This document shows positions 19,070-30,800 of a DNA stretch of 64,000 nt, piece by piece (within the stretch, counting starts at the first letter, position 1; each line of letters opens with the position of its first letter). The DNA is taken from sequence record NC_042116.1, one strand, 5' to 3'. The notes beneath the pieces were generated by a model that ran no database searches, had not been told where the DNA came from, and was given only the letters and a program-made list of their open reading frames with translations. The position numbers and the translations under genes were made by a program.

Positions 19070-19111
19070 AAAAATTAAAGAGCATTAAGTACTTAATGCT
19101 CTTTAATTTTT
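19070..19111. repeat. Perfect 42-bp palindrome, probable bidirectional terminator
   Basis: AAAAATTAAAGAGCATTAAGT|ACTTAATGCTCTTTAATTTTT with no spacer, between convergent stops. Confidence 0.9.
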
Positions 19112-19577
19112 AGATATGATATGGCAGACTGTTTTCAAATGGTCTGCCATTTTTTATTGATTCCCATAAAGAATTAAAATCGGTAACAATATTAGTATTA
19201 TATAAAGTACTCTTAGCTCCTGGATGTAATGGTTTAGGCCAATTCCCTATTTTTACCCATGAATATCCAGCACTTTCATCATTAAGTTCAGGTATAAATT
19301 CATCCTGTATAACTACTATAAATGAATAGTACTTGAATTTTTCATTTTTTGTACAAAACACATCAAATGGTATTATATCTTCAATTGGGGGTATTGAATC
19401 CCCCAATTCTTCAAACATTTCTCTATATAAAGCTTCGATTGCAGTTTCTTTGTTTTCAATTTTACCACCAACAAAGCCCCAATTGTTAGGGTACGTAACG
19501 GTTTCTGAACGAAGATTAAGCATCATTCGTCCGGTACGTTTTGATAAAAATATAGCACCTACTGCTTCGTTAGTCAT
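19110..19577 (-). CDS. Nudix hydrolase
   Basis: Nudix box GGKIENKETAIEALYREMFEELG. Confidence 0.9.
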   Translation of the reverse strand: MTNEAVGAIFLSKRTGRMMLNLRSETVTYPNNWGFVGGKIENKETAIEALYREMFEELGDSIPPIEDIIPFDVFCTKNEKFKYYSFIVVIQDEFIPELNDESAGYSWVKIGNWPKPLHPGAKSTLYNTNIVTDFNSLWESIKNGRPFENSLPYHI

Positions 19578-19585
19578 AAAAGTCC

Positions 19586-20923
19586 TTATGCATTTTTAAA
19601 TGCAATTCTCCAATACCCTTGTCTGTATTTGTTCATTACTGATTGATGCCAACCAAAAACAGAATTATATCTATAAAAGTGGGTATCATTACCATTATAT
19701 ACATAATTTGTTATGGTACTTGGATCTGTTAACTCTGCACCAGTATTTGTAATTTTTGCCATATAATTAGGTGGAATTATAGTATCTTTGTATTGTATAT
19801 TTCTTTCAGAAATATTAATGAATTTATCTTCCGGTAATGCAGAAAGTAAATCAGTAGGTTCTGAAATAAAATTGTTAATAGTACCGAAAAGTGAGTATAA
19901 TGATGTATCAACTTGTACTATTAATTTATTTGGATGTTCTTCAGTTGGTTTTTGTATTACATCTCCACGAATTGGATTTTCTTCTTCGATTCCTTGTTGA
20001 AATTTTAAATACAAATCCTTTTCCATAAAATCAGGTTCAAGATATTCTAGATAACGATTCCATGAATATATATTTCCAGTATTTGAAATTGGATTTAAAC
20101 TTGAACTTACTAAAGTTACTTCATATGTTTCTATTGAATTTGATTTTTCCAATCTATCAACTAAAATACACATATTCTTAGGAGTATAAACATCAGTTAT
20201 AACATCATTAAAATTAGATAAATCTATATCTAGTTCATCTTTAGCAGTATTGATATTAGTTATTATTTGTTGTATAAGCTTAGGTTGTTGTACCGTTGCA
20301 GGTAAACTTAACCATATTGGACATTTGAAAGTTATTACCATAATATCCAAATCAGTATCAGTACCTTGTGGAAATCCTCTAGTACTGAATTGACAATCTG
20401 TTAATTCAATATCAATAACACCTGTCCAATCAATTGGATTTTCACTTAATTGTAATTGTACTGATGGATTAAAAAGTGTTACTATTTGTTCAAATAGTTC
20501 CATCTTATTAGTTAATGTTGTTGTCCATATATTAACATTAAACACTAATTCCCAAGGAGTAGGATTATAACGAGTTATCTGATACTGTTGGTCTAATTCT
20601 TTTGTATATTCATTTTCTTTAGGAGAGACATTCGTACCCATTACCATTGTATGAGACATTGGTGAACGCATATTAGGTCTGTCCGGTTTTAGTGATTGAA
20701 CATTTATCGTGATCAATGGAGCTGATGGTAACACGTTTTCAGAACCACCTGCAATAATATAAGCTGCCATGCGAGATATATCTGCATATCTGGCAGGGAC
20801 AGTTTTATATTTTTGTAAACCGTTTTCATCAATTCCATTTTTTACTTGAAATTCACCAAAAACTCTGATAAGATGTTTTAAAAGACGGCGAAATTGGCCG
20901 TCATAGTAATAATTAATTTTCAT
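19586..20923 (-). CDS. Tail terminator / sheath stabiliser (T4 gp15-like)
   Basis: YYYDGQFRRLL...FGEFQV, ELFEQIVTLFNPS; position after the neck gene. Confidence 0.6.
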   Translation of the reverse strand: MKINYYYDGQFRRLLKHLIRVFGEFQVKNGIDENGLQKYKTVPARYADISRMAAYIIAGGSENVLPSAPLITINVQSLKPDRPNMRSPMSHTMVMGTNVSPKENEYTKELDQQYQITRYNPTPWELVFNVNIWTTTLTNKMELFEQIVTLFNPSVQLQLSENPIDWTGVIDIELTDCQFSTRGFPQGTDTDLDIMVITFKCPIWLSLPATVQQPKLIQQIITNINTAKDELDIDLSNFNDVITDVYTPKNMCILVDRLEKSNSIETYEVTLVSSSLNPISNTGNIYSWNRYLEYLEPDFMEKDLYLKFQQGIEEENPIRGDVIQKPTEEHPNKLIVQVDTSLYSLFGTINNFISEPTDLLSALPEDKFINISERNIQYKDTIIPPNYMAKITNTGAELTDPSTITNYVYNGNDTHFYRYNSVFGWHQSVMNKYRQGYWRIAFKNA

Positions 20924-20931
20924 GTTTCACC

Positions 20932-22422
20932 TTAGTCTTTCTTTCTATAAACGATGTTAGGTTTAACAACGTCTTGTATGGAAACTCTGTTAGGACTATT
21001 AATAAAGTTTGTTTGTTCGATATTTGCACCAGTCCAAGGCAATCTACCACCGTAATCAAATTGTTTCCAAGAACTATTTTCTTCTGAATATTGCCATAAT
21101 GTTACTGGCTTATAATCAGTTCTATAATAATATTCACCATCTTGTGGATCGGTTGGGAACATGTCACCTTCCTCTACAGTACCCCTTGCAGGTGGTATAG
21201 AAGGTCTAATGTCGTCATGAGCAGTTCTGTTCGCCGCAATATCCTTTGTGGTAAACGGCACGTTAGAATGCGATTCAGGAGGAATTACCCATGTTATACC
21301 ATCATCCTCAACTTGATAAAGTTGTGGGTTTGTGTAAAATCCATAGAAATCTTCAGCATTCTCTGGTACAATATTTGTATCTGTGTATGGAAGTATGCAT
21401 GTTAACCATTTTTTATCTGTTGCATAATATTGATATAATGTGTATCCTGAAACTTCAGATGAGTTTTCTAGGAAAAAGAATGAAAAATCTTCTGCCTTTC
21501 TAGGTAAGATAGAACCATATTGTGTATCAACAATGCTCCAGTTACCATTTTCATCTTTTTCATAAAGTACTGGTAATGTTAATTTAATAAAGAACATATT
21601 TTTAGATGGTAGTGCTGGAAAATCATATCCACTTATGATATAACGTGCTAATTCATTTATATCAGTTAAATCATTATAGATATGTTCATTTGTCCAATGA
21701 ATATATGGAACTTCTGAATCAGCTTGTTGTATGATTCTATTCATTATATCTAGTTCTGTACTTCCAGTACTGTTACCACCACCTGAACCATTACCGTTCC
21801 CGTTGTTAGGATCGTCTGGATTGTCAGGGAAAATATTATTTTCTGGATCAGTAATTTCCGAGAATTCAGGTGAATCCGTTAATGGTTTTACCCGAAGTTT
21901 AAATATATGATGTTGCCAAGTTGCTGAGTAACCTTCAGAGGTTCTAAAAGCATCTTGTACTACATAAAATCGGTTCAATCCAACATCACGACCAGTTACA
22001 TCAAAATCTCTAAGGTTAGGCAATTCTAATACATCACCAGGCATAATTTTTCTTCCTACACGCTGCATCATTGTGTTATAATGAACTGTGATGTCCATTG
22101 TATCGAAATTGAAGAATAAACCTGGTATTTTTAAATCAGGAGTTGCTTCTTGTACTTGATATACGGCTGATAATGTGATAGCCTGTATGTTGTACGAACG
22201 TTGTGTAACTTCACCGAAAACGTAGTCAGAAAGACTTGACAAATTACCCTTACCAGTGCTATAATCTGGTAATGTATCGTCAGTACTTCCATCGTTACCT
22301 TTTGGTCCTTGGTAAGTATATAACCACATATCGACGCCACCAATATTATATTGTTCAGCGATAGCACCGTCGATAAATTTATAGTCGTCGTAACGACCTT
22401 TTTTCCACATTTTGTATGACAT
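20932..22422 (-). CDS. Neck / head-closure protein (T4 gp14-like) with C-terminal repeats
   Basis: IAEQYNIGGVDMWLY, GRKIMPGDVLELP. Start moved to MSYKM (22422, GGAGA upstream). Confidence 0.6.
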   Translation of the reverse strand: MSYKMWKKGRYDDYKFIDGAIAEQYNIGGVDMWLYTYQGPKGNDGSTDDTLPDYSTGKGNLSSLSDYVFGEVTQRSYNIQAITLSAVYQVQEATPDLKIPGLFFNFDTMDITVHYNTMMQRVGRKIMPGDVLELPNLRDFDVTGRDVGLNRFYVVQDAFRTSEGYSATWQHHIFKLRVKPLTDSPEFSEITDPENNIFPDNPDDPNNGNGNGSGGGNSTGSTELDIMNRIIQQADSEVPYIHWTNEHIYNDLTDINELARYIISGYDFPALPSKNMFFIKLTLPVLYEKDENGNWSIVDTQYGSILPRKAEDFSFFFLENSSEVSGYTLYQYYATDKKWLTCILPYTDTNIVPENAEDFYGFYTNPQLYQVEDDGITWVIPPESHSNVPFTTKDIAANRTAHDDIRPSIPPARGTVEEGDMFPTDPQDGEYYYRTDYKPVTLWQYSEENSSWKQFDYGGRLPWTGANIEQTNFINSPNRVSIQDVVKPNIVYRKKD

Positions 22423-22453
22423 GTTTTCAATCTCCAAATAGAAATTCATATAG

Positions 22454-22461
22454 TATTTATT
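22454..22461 (-). promoter_or_regulatory. Late-like promoter AATAAATA
   Basis: Upstream of the neck gene, back to back with promoter B. Confidence 0.6.
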
Positions 22462-22463
22462 TT

Positions 22464-22492
22464 TGGAACAAACAAAAAAAATCTGCTATAAT
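22464..22492 (+). promoter_or_regulatory. Hybrid promoter B (TGGAAC-N17-TATAAT)
   Basis: TGGAAC 22464-22469, TGC-TATAAT 22484-22492; upstream of clpA. Confidence 0.8.
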
Positions 22493-22528
22493 ATATAAGT
22501 GCAGACAAATTAAACGAAGGAGAGCACA

Positions 22529-24826
22529 ATGAGCTATAGTTTCGAAGACTTTTACCAAGAAGGCGAATCGCTTGCACGTTCTATGGGTCATAGCATAATG
22601 ACAATAGATCATTTGAGTGTTGTAACACTTGGTATTCCTAGTGTTGCAGAGTTTTTGGCTGAACATGAACTAGATGCGAATAAAATTAAAAATCGCATCA
22701 CTGATTATTTAAAGAATATGGAATTTCCAGTTCTTCCTTTTTCAGTTGAAGAACAAATTAGTGCTGACCTAACACCAGTATCTTCTATGATTTCTAAAAT
22801 CATGATTGAATTGGAAAAAAAATCAGTTATTCAACAGTTAAAAGCTAATGATTATACAATTGAAGCATATTTCATTTTATTTGAATGTTTGTCATTCCCT
22901 AATACTGCATTGGATATTGCACTAAGCGAAATCGGTTTCAGCCGTACTGCTGTTGCACGTGATTTGCAAAACTATATGACAAGTAAAAATTACGATGTAG
23001 ACCTACGTAGTAGTACTTCTGATGAAGAACCAGAACAAGATGAAAAACAAAGTACTCGTCGTGGTGAACCAGCACGTCCATCACGTGATGCAAAACGTAC
23101 TATTGAAAGCTTTACTACTAATTTAACTGAATTGGCATCAAAAGGTAAACTTGATCCCCTAATCGGTCGTAATGTTGAATTGGAAGATTTAGTTCAGATT
23201 CTATCACGTAAAACTAAAAAGAATGCTGCACTAGTAGGTGATCCAGGGGTTGGTAAAACTCAAATCATTGATGGTTTGGCACAACGTATTGTTGATGGTA
23301 ATGTTCCTGATACAATGAAAGGTGTTGAAATTTTATCATTGAATATGGGTGCATTCACTGCTGGTACTAAGTATCGTGGTGAGTTTGAAGAACGTGTTGA
23401 AAATCTACTTTCAGAATTGAAAGGCCGTGATGATGTGATTCTTTTCATTGATGAGATTCATACAATTATGGGTGCTGGTGCTGCAAGTACTGGTTCATTA
23501 GATATGAGTAATATGTTAAAACCTGCGTTGTCTCGTGGAGAAATCCGTGTGATTGGGGCAACTACATATGAAGAATATCGTAAACATATTGAAAAAGATG
23601 CGGCATTGTCTCGTCGCTTTATGAAAATTGATATTTTAGAACCTACATTAGATGAAACTCGTCAAATTGTAAATGGACTTAAAGCAACATATGAAAAGTT
23701 CCATAATACAAAATACTCAGCAGAGGCAATTAATGCAGTACTAGAACTATCATCAAAGTTCTTACAAAATAAACGTTTCCCTGATAAAGCAATCGATCTA
23801 TTAGATGCATCAGGTGCACGTAACCGTACCAAAGCTAAACCAGCTAAAATGATTCAACGTTCCGATATTGAAAGTGAAATTGCACGTATTGCAAATTTAC
23901 CATTAGAAGTTGTTTCATGTGCTGAAAGTGATCGTATGTTATCATTAGCTGACAATCTATCTAAACGTGTATTTGGTCAAGAAGATGCAGTTAATAAATT
24001 AGTTGAGAATGTAATGGTTGCACGAGCTGGCTTGCGTGGTAAAAGTACGATCCAAGGTGCCTTTATGTTTGTAGGTCCATCAGGTACAGGTAAAACTGAA
24101 ATAAGTAAAGCACTTGCTGATTCAATGGGTGTTGAGTTGATTCGTTTTGATATGTCAGAATATGCTCAAGAGCATAATGTATCTAAATTAATTGGTTCAC
24201 CTCCAGGTTATATTGGTCATGATTCAGGTAATGGTGCACTACTTGATAAAGTTGAATCTAATCCTAACTGCGTATTATTACTAGATGAAATTGAAAAAGC
24301 AAATAGTAAAGTACTTCTAACTTTCTTACAAGTTATGGATGAAGGACGGCTAACTGGTTCACACGGTAAAACAGTTTACTTTAATAACGTAACTATTATT
24401 ATGACAACCAACTTAGGTGCTCGTGATTCTTCAGTACTTGCATTGGGTATGGATTCATCAGGTGATGATGGCATGGATACTGCAATTAAAAATCATCTAC
24501 CACCAGAATTCTTAAACCGTGTCGATGCTGTAGTTAAGTTCAATGAACTTGGACATGATGTTATTCTAAGTGTGGTTGATAAATTTATTGGCGAATTGAA
24601 TGCAGACATTGAATCACGTGGTGTTGTTGTTGAGTTAACAGACGCAGCAAAAGAAGTACTTGCTAAGCGTGGTGTAACTCCAGGAATGGGTGCTCGTCCA
24701 ATGAAACGTATTATCAATGATACAATTCGTGTACCGTTAGCTAAAGAAATGTTAATTGGTTCTTTAGCCAAAGGTGGAAAAGCAGTATTTGATGTTGAAA
24801 ATGATGTTATCGTACTACAAAAATAA
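22529..24826 (+). CDS. clpA: ClpA-like ATP-dependent Clp protease ATPase subunit
   Basis: Two AAA modules ([15 protein letters not shown] and [17 protein letters not shown]), [11 protein letters not shown], no ClpB middle coiled coil. Confidence 0.88.
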   Translation: MSYSFEDFYQEGESLARSMGHSIMTIDHLSVVTLGIPSVAEFLAEHELDANKIKNRITDYLKNMEFPVLPFSVEEQISADLTPVSSMISKIMIELEKKSVIQQLKANDYTIEAYFILFECLSFPNTALDIALSEIGFSRTAVARDLQNYMTSKNYDVDLRSSTSDEEPEQDEKQSTRRGEPARPSRDAKRTIESFTTNLTELASKGKLDPLIGRNVELEDLVQILSRKTKKNAALVGDPGVGKTQIIDGLAQRIVDGNVPDTMKGVEILSLNMGAFTAGTKYRGEFEERVENLLSELKGRDDVILFIDEIHTIMGAGAASTGSLDMSNMLKPALSRGEIRVIGATTYEEYRKHIEKDAALSRRFMKIDILEPTLDETRQIVNGLKATYEKFHNTKYSAEAINAVLELSSKFLQNKRFPDKAIDLLDASGARNRTKAKPAKMIQRSDIESEIARIANLPLEVVSCAESDRMLSLADNLSKRVFGQEDAVNKLVENVMVARAGLRGKSTIQGAFMFVGPSGTGKTEISKALADSMGVELIRFDMSEYAQEHNVSKLIGSPPGYIGHDSGNGALLDKVESNPNCVLLLDEIEKANSKVLLTFLQVMDEGRLTGSHGKTVYFNNVTIIMTTNLGARDSSVLALGMDSSGDDGMDTAIKNHLPPEFLNRVDAVVKFNELGHDVILSVVDKFIGELNADIESRGVVVELTDAAKEVLAKRGVTPGMGARPMKRIINDTIRVPLAKEMLIGSLAKGGKAVFDVENDVIVLQK

Positions 24827-24833
24827 CAAAAAC

Positions 24834-24860
24834 AAAGGGAGCCTAATGGCTCCCTTTTTT
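24834..24860. terminator. Bidirectional terminator
   Basis: AAAGGGAGCC-TAAT-GGCTCCCTTTTTT at a convergent junction. Confidence 0.8.
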
Positions 24861-24861
24861 A

Positions 24862-27800
24862 TTATAGTAATTGTCCAATCTGTGAACCAGATACTACCAA
24901 TCCAGTACTAAACGTATCTAAAGGTATTTGAGGATAATTATTTCTGTAAACTTCCATATTATCTTCTAATCCTAAAACTACAGCTTGTTCAGTATAGGTT
25001 GTTCCTAACACAAAATTATTTTCAACTGTACCATGTATTCCTCGTGCCATATGATTATTATTTCGTAGTTCAACTAATTCACTACTAACTGCAATAATAT
25101 AATCATTGTTACTTGGTGTGATATTCATAACTCCATCCAAAATGGTAGCTTGTGAAATAGCTAATGGTTTAACTACAAATTCACGTTTTTCTATAGTATC
25201 AATATATGCAACTACTAGAGATGCATTATTGCTATCTATGTAAACATTATCAATCAATGCAGAACTATAAGACCAAGTATTTCCTGATTTAACAGGATTA
25301 ATCTCAGACACATTATATTCATACACAAATATTTGTAGACTATCATCCATCTTAGTATTAACTAGCTCACTAAGAACGCCTTTGCCATAGATTGGTGAAT
25401 AAAAACCATGATCAACTTCAGTTCCATTAATATCAACAATCTCATTAGACACATACCAGTTATCATAATCATCATCTGTATAATTATCAGTATATTGATT
25501 ACTAATTAACATTCTGTCATAGAACAAATCATAATCAAGAATACTAATTCTATATGAACGTTCAGTACTGTATAAGTTTACTCCATTAGACACAAACTCA
25601 TTATCAGTAAATGATGTTATACGAACAATATTAATTGATATTGCTTTTCCAGAATCCATTAAGATATCAGACTGACTATCATAAGTACTGTTAAAGTTTA
25701 ATCCACCTATACGTATAGTATCTCCATTTACAGCCGATACAGTAAAGATACGTGGTCTTGTTCCATTTTTTATGTTATTAACAGGTAATATAGTGTTCCA
25801 TGTATTATCAAGCATTAAGATATCATAATCTTCAGTTTCTGGTGTAAACACCATCACCTTTTCACCAACTTTGAAATCATTTTTCTGTACTAATCTAATA
25901 GTGCCAGTTGTATTAATCACATCTTTAACTTGATATGAATAATTGATTTCATTTTTAGATATTAGATTTCTACTCATATACTCAATTGCTTGTGTATATC
26001 TTGGAATACTAACAATGGCTTCTTTTCTATTGTAAGGATTTTGTAATACAAGTCCTTCTATTTGGAAATTACCTTGTGAACGTAGTTGTGTATTACCAGA
26101 GGTATCATAACTATATCCATTTACAGTAAATCTCATTTGAGCTGCATCTAATCCTAGTGGATTTATATCAGTTACATCTACAAATATAGGGTCTTGTGTT
26201 AAATTAACAACACCGGACGCAAAATAAACCATATCTTGTGTTTGCGATTCTAAACCTAAACTATCGAATGCATTCATATCATCATAGTATTGTAAGTTAT
26301 TCATACCAGTAATAACATTTTGTATATTACTATACAATGGACTGTTAATATCTAATGGTAAATCATTAAGATTCGGCTCTGCTAATGAAACTACATCACC
26401 ACTGATGAATGCCAACTCCATAAAATCTTTTAAACTTACATCACTTGGTACTGTTAAGAATTCTCTAGTATCAACATTAAGTACATATGCCATTTTTCTT
26501 GGAATCATTACCATGCAATACATATCTACAGTAGGTAATGCTAAAATTTGTTTAGAAATTTCATATTGATCCAAATTATCTGGATTATATAGATTTCTCA
26601 TTGATGTTAGTACATATAAAGTGTCTAGATATACTTTACCAATGTGATTTCCATCTTCATCCATCTCTTCTAAATCATATTTCCAAGGATATAAACCATA
26701 TTCATACATTAGGTAATCATTAATTTGACTATCAGTAAATGTTGGGTTATTGTTTTTAACAATATCAACATATTTCTCATATAATGCATAACTGTACATG
26801 ATATAACCATAAGTTTCCCAATTACTACCAGAATAACCAAATGGTAAACGTGTATTAGTATTGTCATTCAATACTCTTCCTTTGAATGGACATTTCATTT
26901 CTTGAGAAATTGAACTGTTACTTAATGAAGTATACAATCTTCTTCTATTAGCTAATGTATTATACTGATTATATTGAGTCGCAATACCAACAGATGAATT
27001 AGATTCATAAGTTTGTTTTGATATTTGTTCTAATCTTGACTCGAATAGATTAGTTGCATCTATATCAGTACCTAATAGTTTAAGTTGTTTATCAATTTCA
27101 GTTTGAACTTCACCATTATCATCCATATCTGGATAAAATGCACTCATTCCTGATAGTACTGCTCGGTTAATGGATACATAATCAATTTGAGGATATGTAT
27201 ACGAGTAACGTTGTAGTTTATAATGACTTCCTGCTGGTAAAATATCATTTGCATTAGTCATAAATGAATTATTAACACCTTCTAGAACCAATCTATTTCC
27301 TAAATTATCATCAGGTGTACATTGGAAGTTATCATATACCAAAGTTTCATAAGATTCTTGGAATCTTCTATTAGGGTATACGAAATCAGCAGGTAATGAC
27401 CCATGAACTTCCCATTTATTAGTTATTGGGTTAAATTGAGCGTACTCAACATCCCAAATATCATCTTGTGTCTTAATCCATGTACCATTTACAAATACAT
27501 ATCCATTAGGATCTAAATCATTCAATAATCCATTCATTTCATCAGTATTTGATGTTTTTTGTTCAATCTGAGAACGAATTTTAGTACGATATGGCTTAAC
27601 TTCTTCAAAATAATCAACAATTTGGTTTATTAAATTATCATTAACGTAATTCTGTTGTAATGATTGTTCTAATCCAATAACATAAATGTAAGATGTTTTG
27701 AAAACCCAATCTACTACCGTTTGTTCAGTATGAACATAATGAACCATATCAAATACTAGTCTACTTTGATAAGAATAGAATGAATTTTTAAACAATGCTA

Positions 27801-30800
27801 GTGCTTTACGAACGTTTATTTCAACATTAGTTAAAGTACCATCAGATTTGTATTGTTCATATCCATAATAAAGTTGATTATTTAAAGCTACAGTACTATT
27901 CTGTCTTGCAACAGCTTGCCATATAACAACATTTCGTGAAAGAGTCTTAGTATATAATGTCCATGTACCATCAGCATCAGTAATTCTAATTACATCACCT
28001 TCTTGATAGTTTTTCTGGTTAGCAGATTCGATACTAACTTCATCAGTATACGATGTATTCTCACTATAACCAACATCATACCAATCAGCTAATGTCCAGT
28101 ACTGTGTCATGTCTAATGATGTACCTAATGATTCAATATAATCTGATTGTTTAATCATTTTATGTTGACCTTCTCCGCGATTTTCTAAAGTAATATAAAC
28201 CGCTGTACCACCAGTACTTGGTGAATTCATCAAGTGGATATAGTTGTTTTCATCAAAATGTACAAAGTACACAGTTGTAGAATTTAATGGAGATGGTAGT
28301 GTACCATTAGTACTTACCAATACGGCATCATTTTCAACAAATACATCTACACTAGGATTGATAACCAATTCATTATTATAATTTAGTACTTTGAAACTTA
28401 TAAGATTTGGATTTTGTTCTTCAGTTTTTACATTGAAAACATCATTCATAACAACTGTATTGGTTGTCATGTTCACCGTTTTATAAATTGCGTTTGCAGA
28501 ATCTACAAATGTTCTACGAGCTTCAATAACATCTTTGAACCACGTTTCATTTGGTAAAATACCAGTGTCATTTGTTGGATAATGTAATTCTTGAACCGTA
28601 CCATTAGGTAATGTTTCTTGAGACATTAGAGAATTCCACATTGAATCCCAAATTATAGGATTGAAATTATAATCCATACCTTCTCTACATAATTGGAACT
28701 GTTCATGTTTAACCACTTCAGTTGCATTATTTTGATACGTAATGGATAAAATACTCTTATCATCAGTTATATCTTGTTGTAATCCACTTATAATAAATGA
28801 ATTTTGGCTAATTGGTGCAAACCAAGGAGCATTTAATAATGAAGGATTTTGTATAGTACGAGATAATTCATTACAAGGTCTGTTTCTATTTTTAACTTTA
28901 GGAACATAAATTGTATTCTTAACCCAAAAATAATATACAGTCTTATAAGAATCAGTACTGTCATCATATTCTTGAAATTCAGAATAGAAATCATCAACCG
29001 CTTCACCACTTGGAACCCACGCTGTGCTGTCTTTATTCAATTTAGATTGACGAACGCAGTATTTTTCCCATTCATATGGAAGTACTGGAGAAGCAACCCA
29101 TTCTAAAATATTAATTTCAGAATTTGGTAACAATTTACCCCAATTATAACGTTTATATTCATTTGTTGCAGTAATATCAACATTTCCATTTCCATCATAT
29201 AATGGGCGTGTATAATCCATAAAGAATGCATTTGTAGTATTCCACCACACTAATCCAACTTTTTCTGAACCCCATGCTTGTGTTTTTTCATCTTCACTAT
29301 TATACTTAGCCGGATCTACAGTACTTACATATGTAATATCAGCCATAATAGAACCAGGAATAACACCATTTATTGGATCAAATGTATTCATGTACAATTC
29401 AGTTACATTAGATGTACGATTATAAGTTGTTGGTCTAACAAATAAAGTACTTTCTGGTGCATCAAATGAATATTTTTTAGAAATATATGCATCTTTATCT
29501 GCACTTGAACTGAATCGATTTATGTAACGGTATAAAACAGGTTTTCCATCAGTAAATGAAATATTGTTAGTTACATCAAGTGGAATAACAAAACTAGTAG
29601 GATCAGAACCTGTTGTGAAATATTGTGTCTCTGCTTTTAATAAATCAGGCATATATTCGGATTTGTCAACAAAGAAGAAATAATCTCCGTCTTCCATACC
29701 ATGTGCTGCACTAAGTTGTAGAGTACAATGATTCCCTGGATAGTTTTCACCATCTCCAATTGGAATAATTGATTCCAATGTAATTCCAGTATTATCAAGT
29801 TCAAAAATATTCCAATTATTATCCATATCGCGAAGAACCCATACTGAAGTTGGGGTGTTACCTGTATCATTGATATAATTTAATCTATCAACATATGCAG
29901 TTGTAAAATCACGAGTACTGTATGAAACTTCATTTAATGTAACTGGACCAATATCAGGAAGATTAATATTCTCACTTTTTCCAGAACGCATTGGGAATGC
30001 AAACTGGCCTAATGGTCGAGTAATCCAACGTGAATCTACACCTTGTGTTCCATAATAAATTATGTTATTATTATCAGTGTCAGAAGTTGCATTTTGATCA
30101 AATGTAAACAATTGAGGTTCTTGTGCAAATTCATTATTAATCAATTGGAATTGTAAATGTTTTTTACCATAGATATTACCATATTCACCAATTTTAAATG
30201 CCCATTCTTGTAACGCTTTATAGTTGTCTGTATTATAAGATTTAGAAACGCGAAGTACTCTTTCAAATACTTGGTTAGTCCCTTTATCTCTAATATATCC
30301 TTTATAAAAATCAACTTGTGATGTATCACTAGTAATCATTTGAGAAATGTAATCACGTGTTTGGAAGCCAATAACATGACGTGATAAATTGCGTAATGTT
30401 ACATTATCAACTGGATTATCATTATCATAATAATGTTTAAAATCATCAACTAGTTTTTCAAAGTTTGGTAATGTGCCAGATTCTAAAATAATGAAACCTT
30501 TAGCTTCCAAACGACCATTCCATGAACCAGTTACATATCCATACATTTTTAACATTTCATGCACTGAACCATATTTTGGAACATATAAATCATTACCAAA
30601 AATTGTTCTATTATCAAATATAACAGCATGTTCATAAGCTACTACGCTAACACGAAGTAATGCCATTCGTTTATCTGAACTATCATCAATTCTAACGCTA
30701 AACACATTACCAATACGTGAAGTATCAATTTCAAATGGACGTATACCAGTGTTAGTATCATCTAGTAATGACCATACTCCACCATTGAATTGTGTAATAG

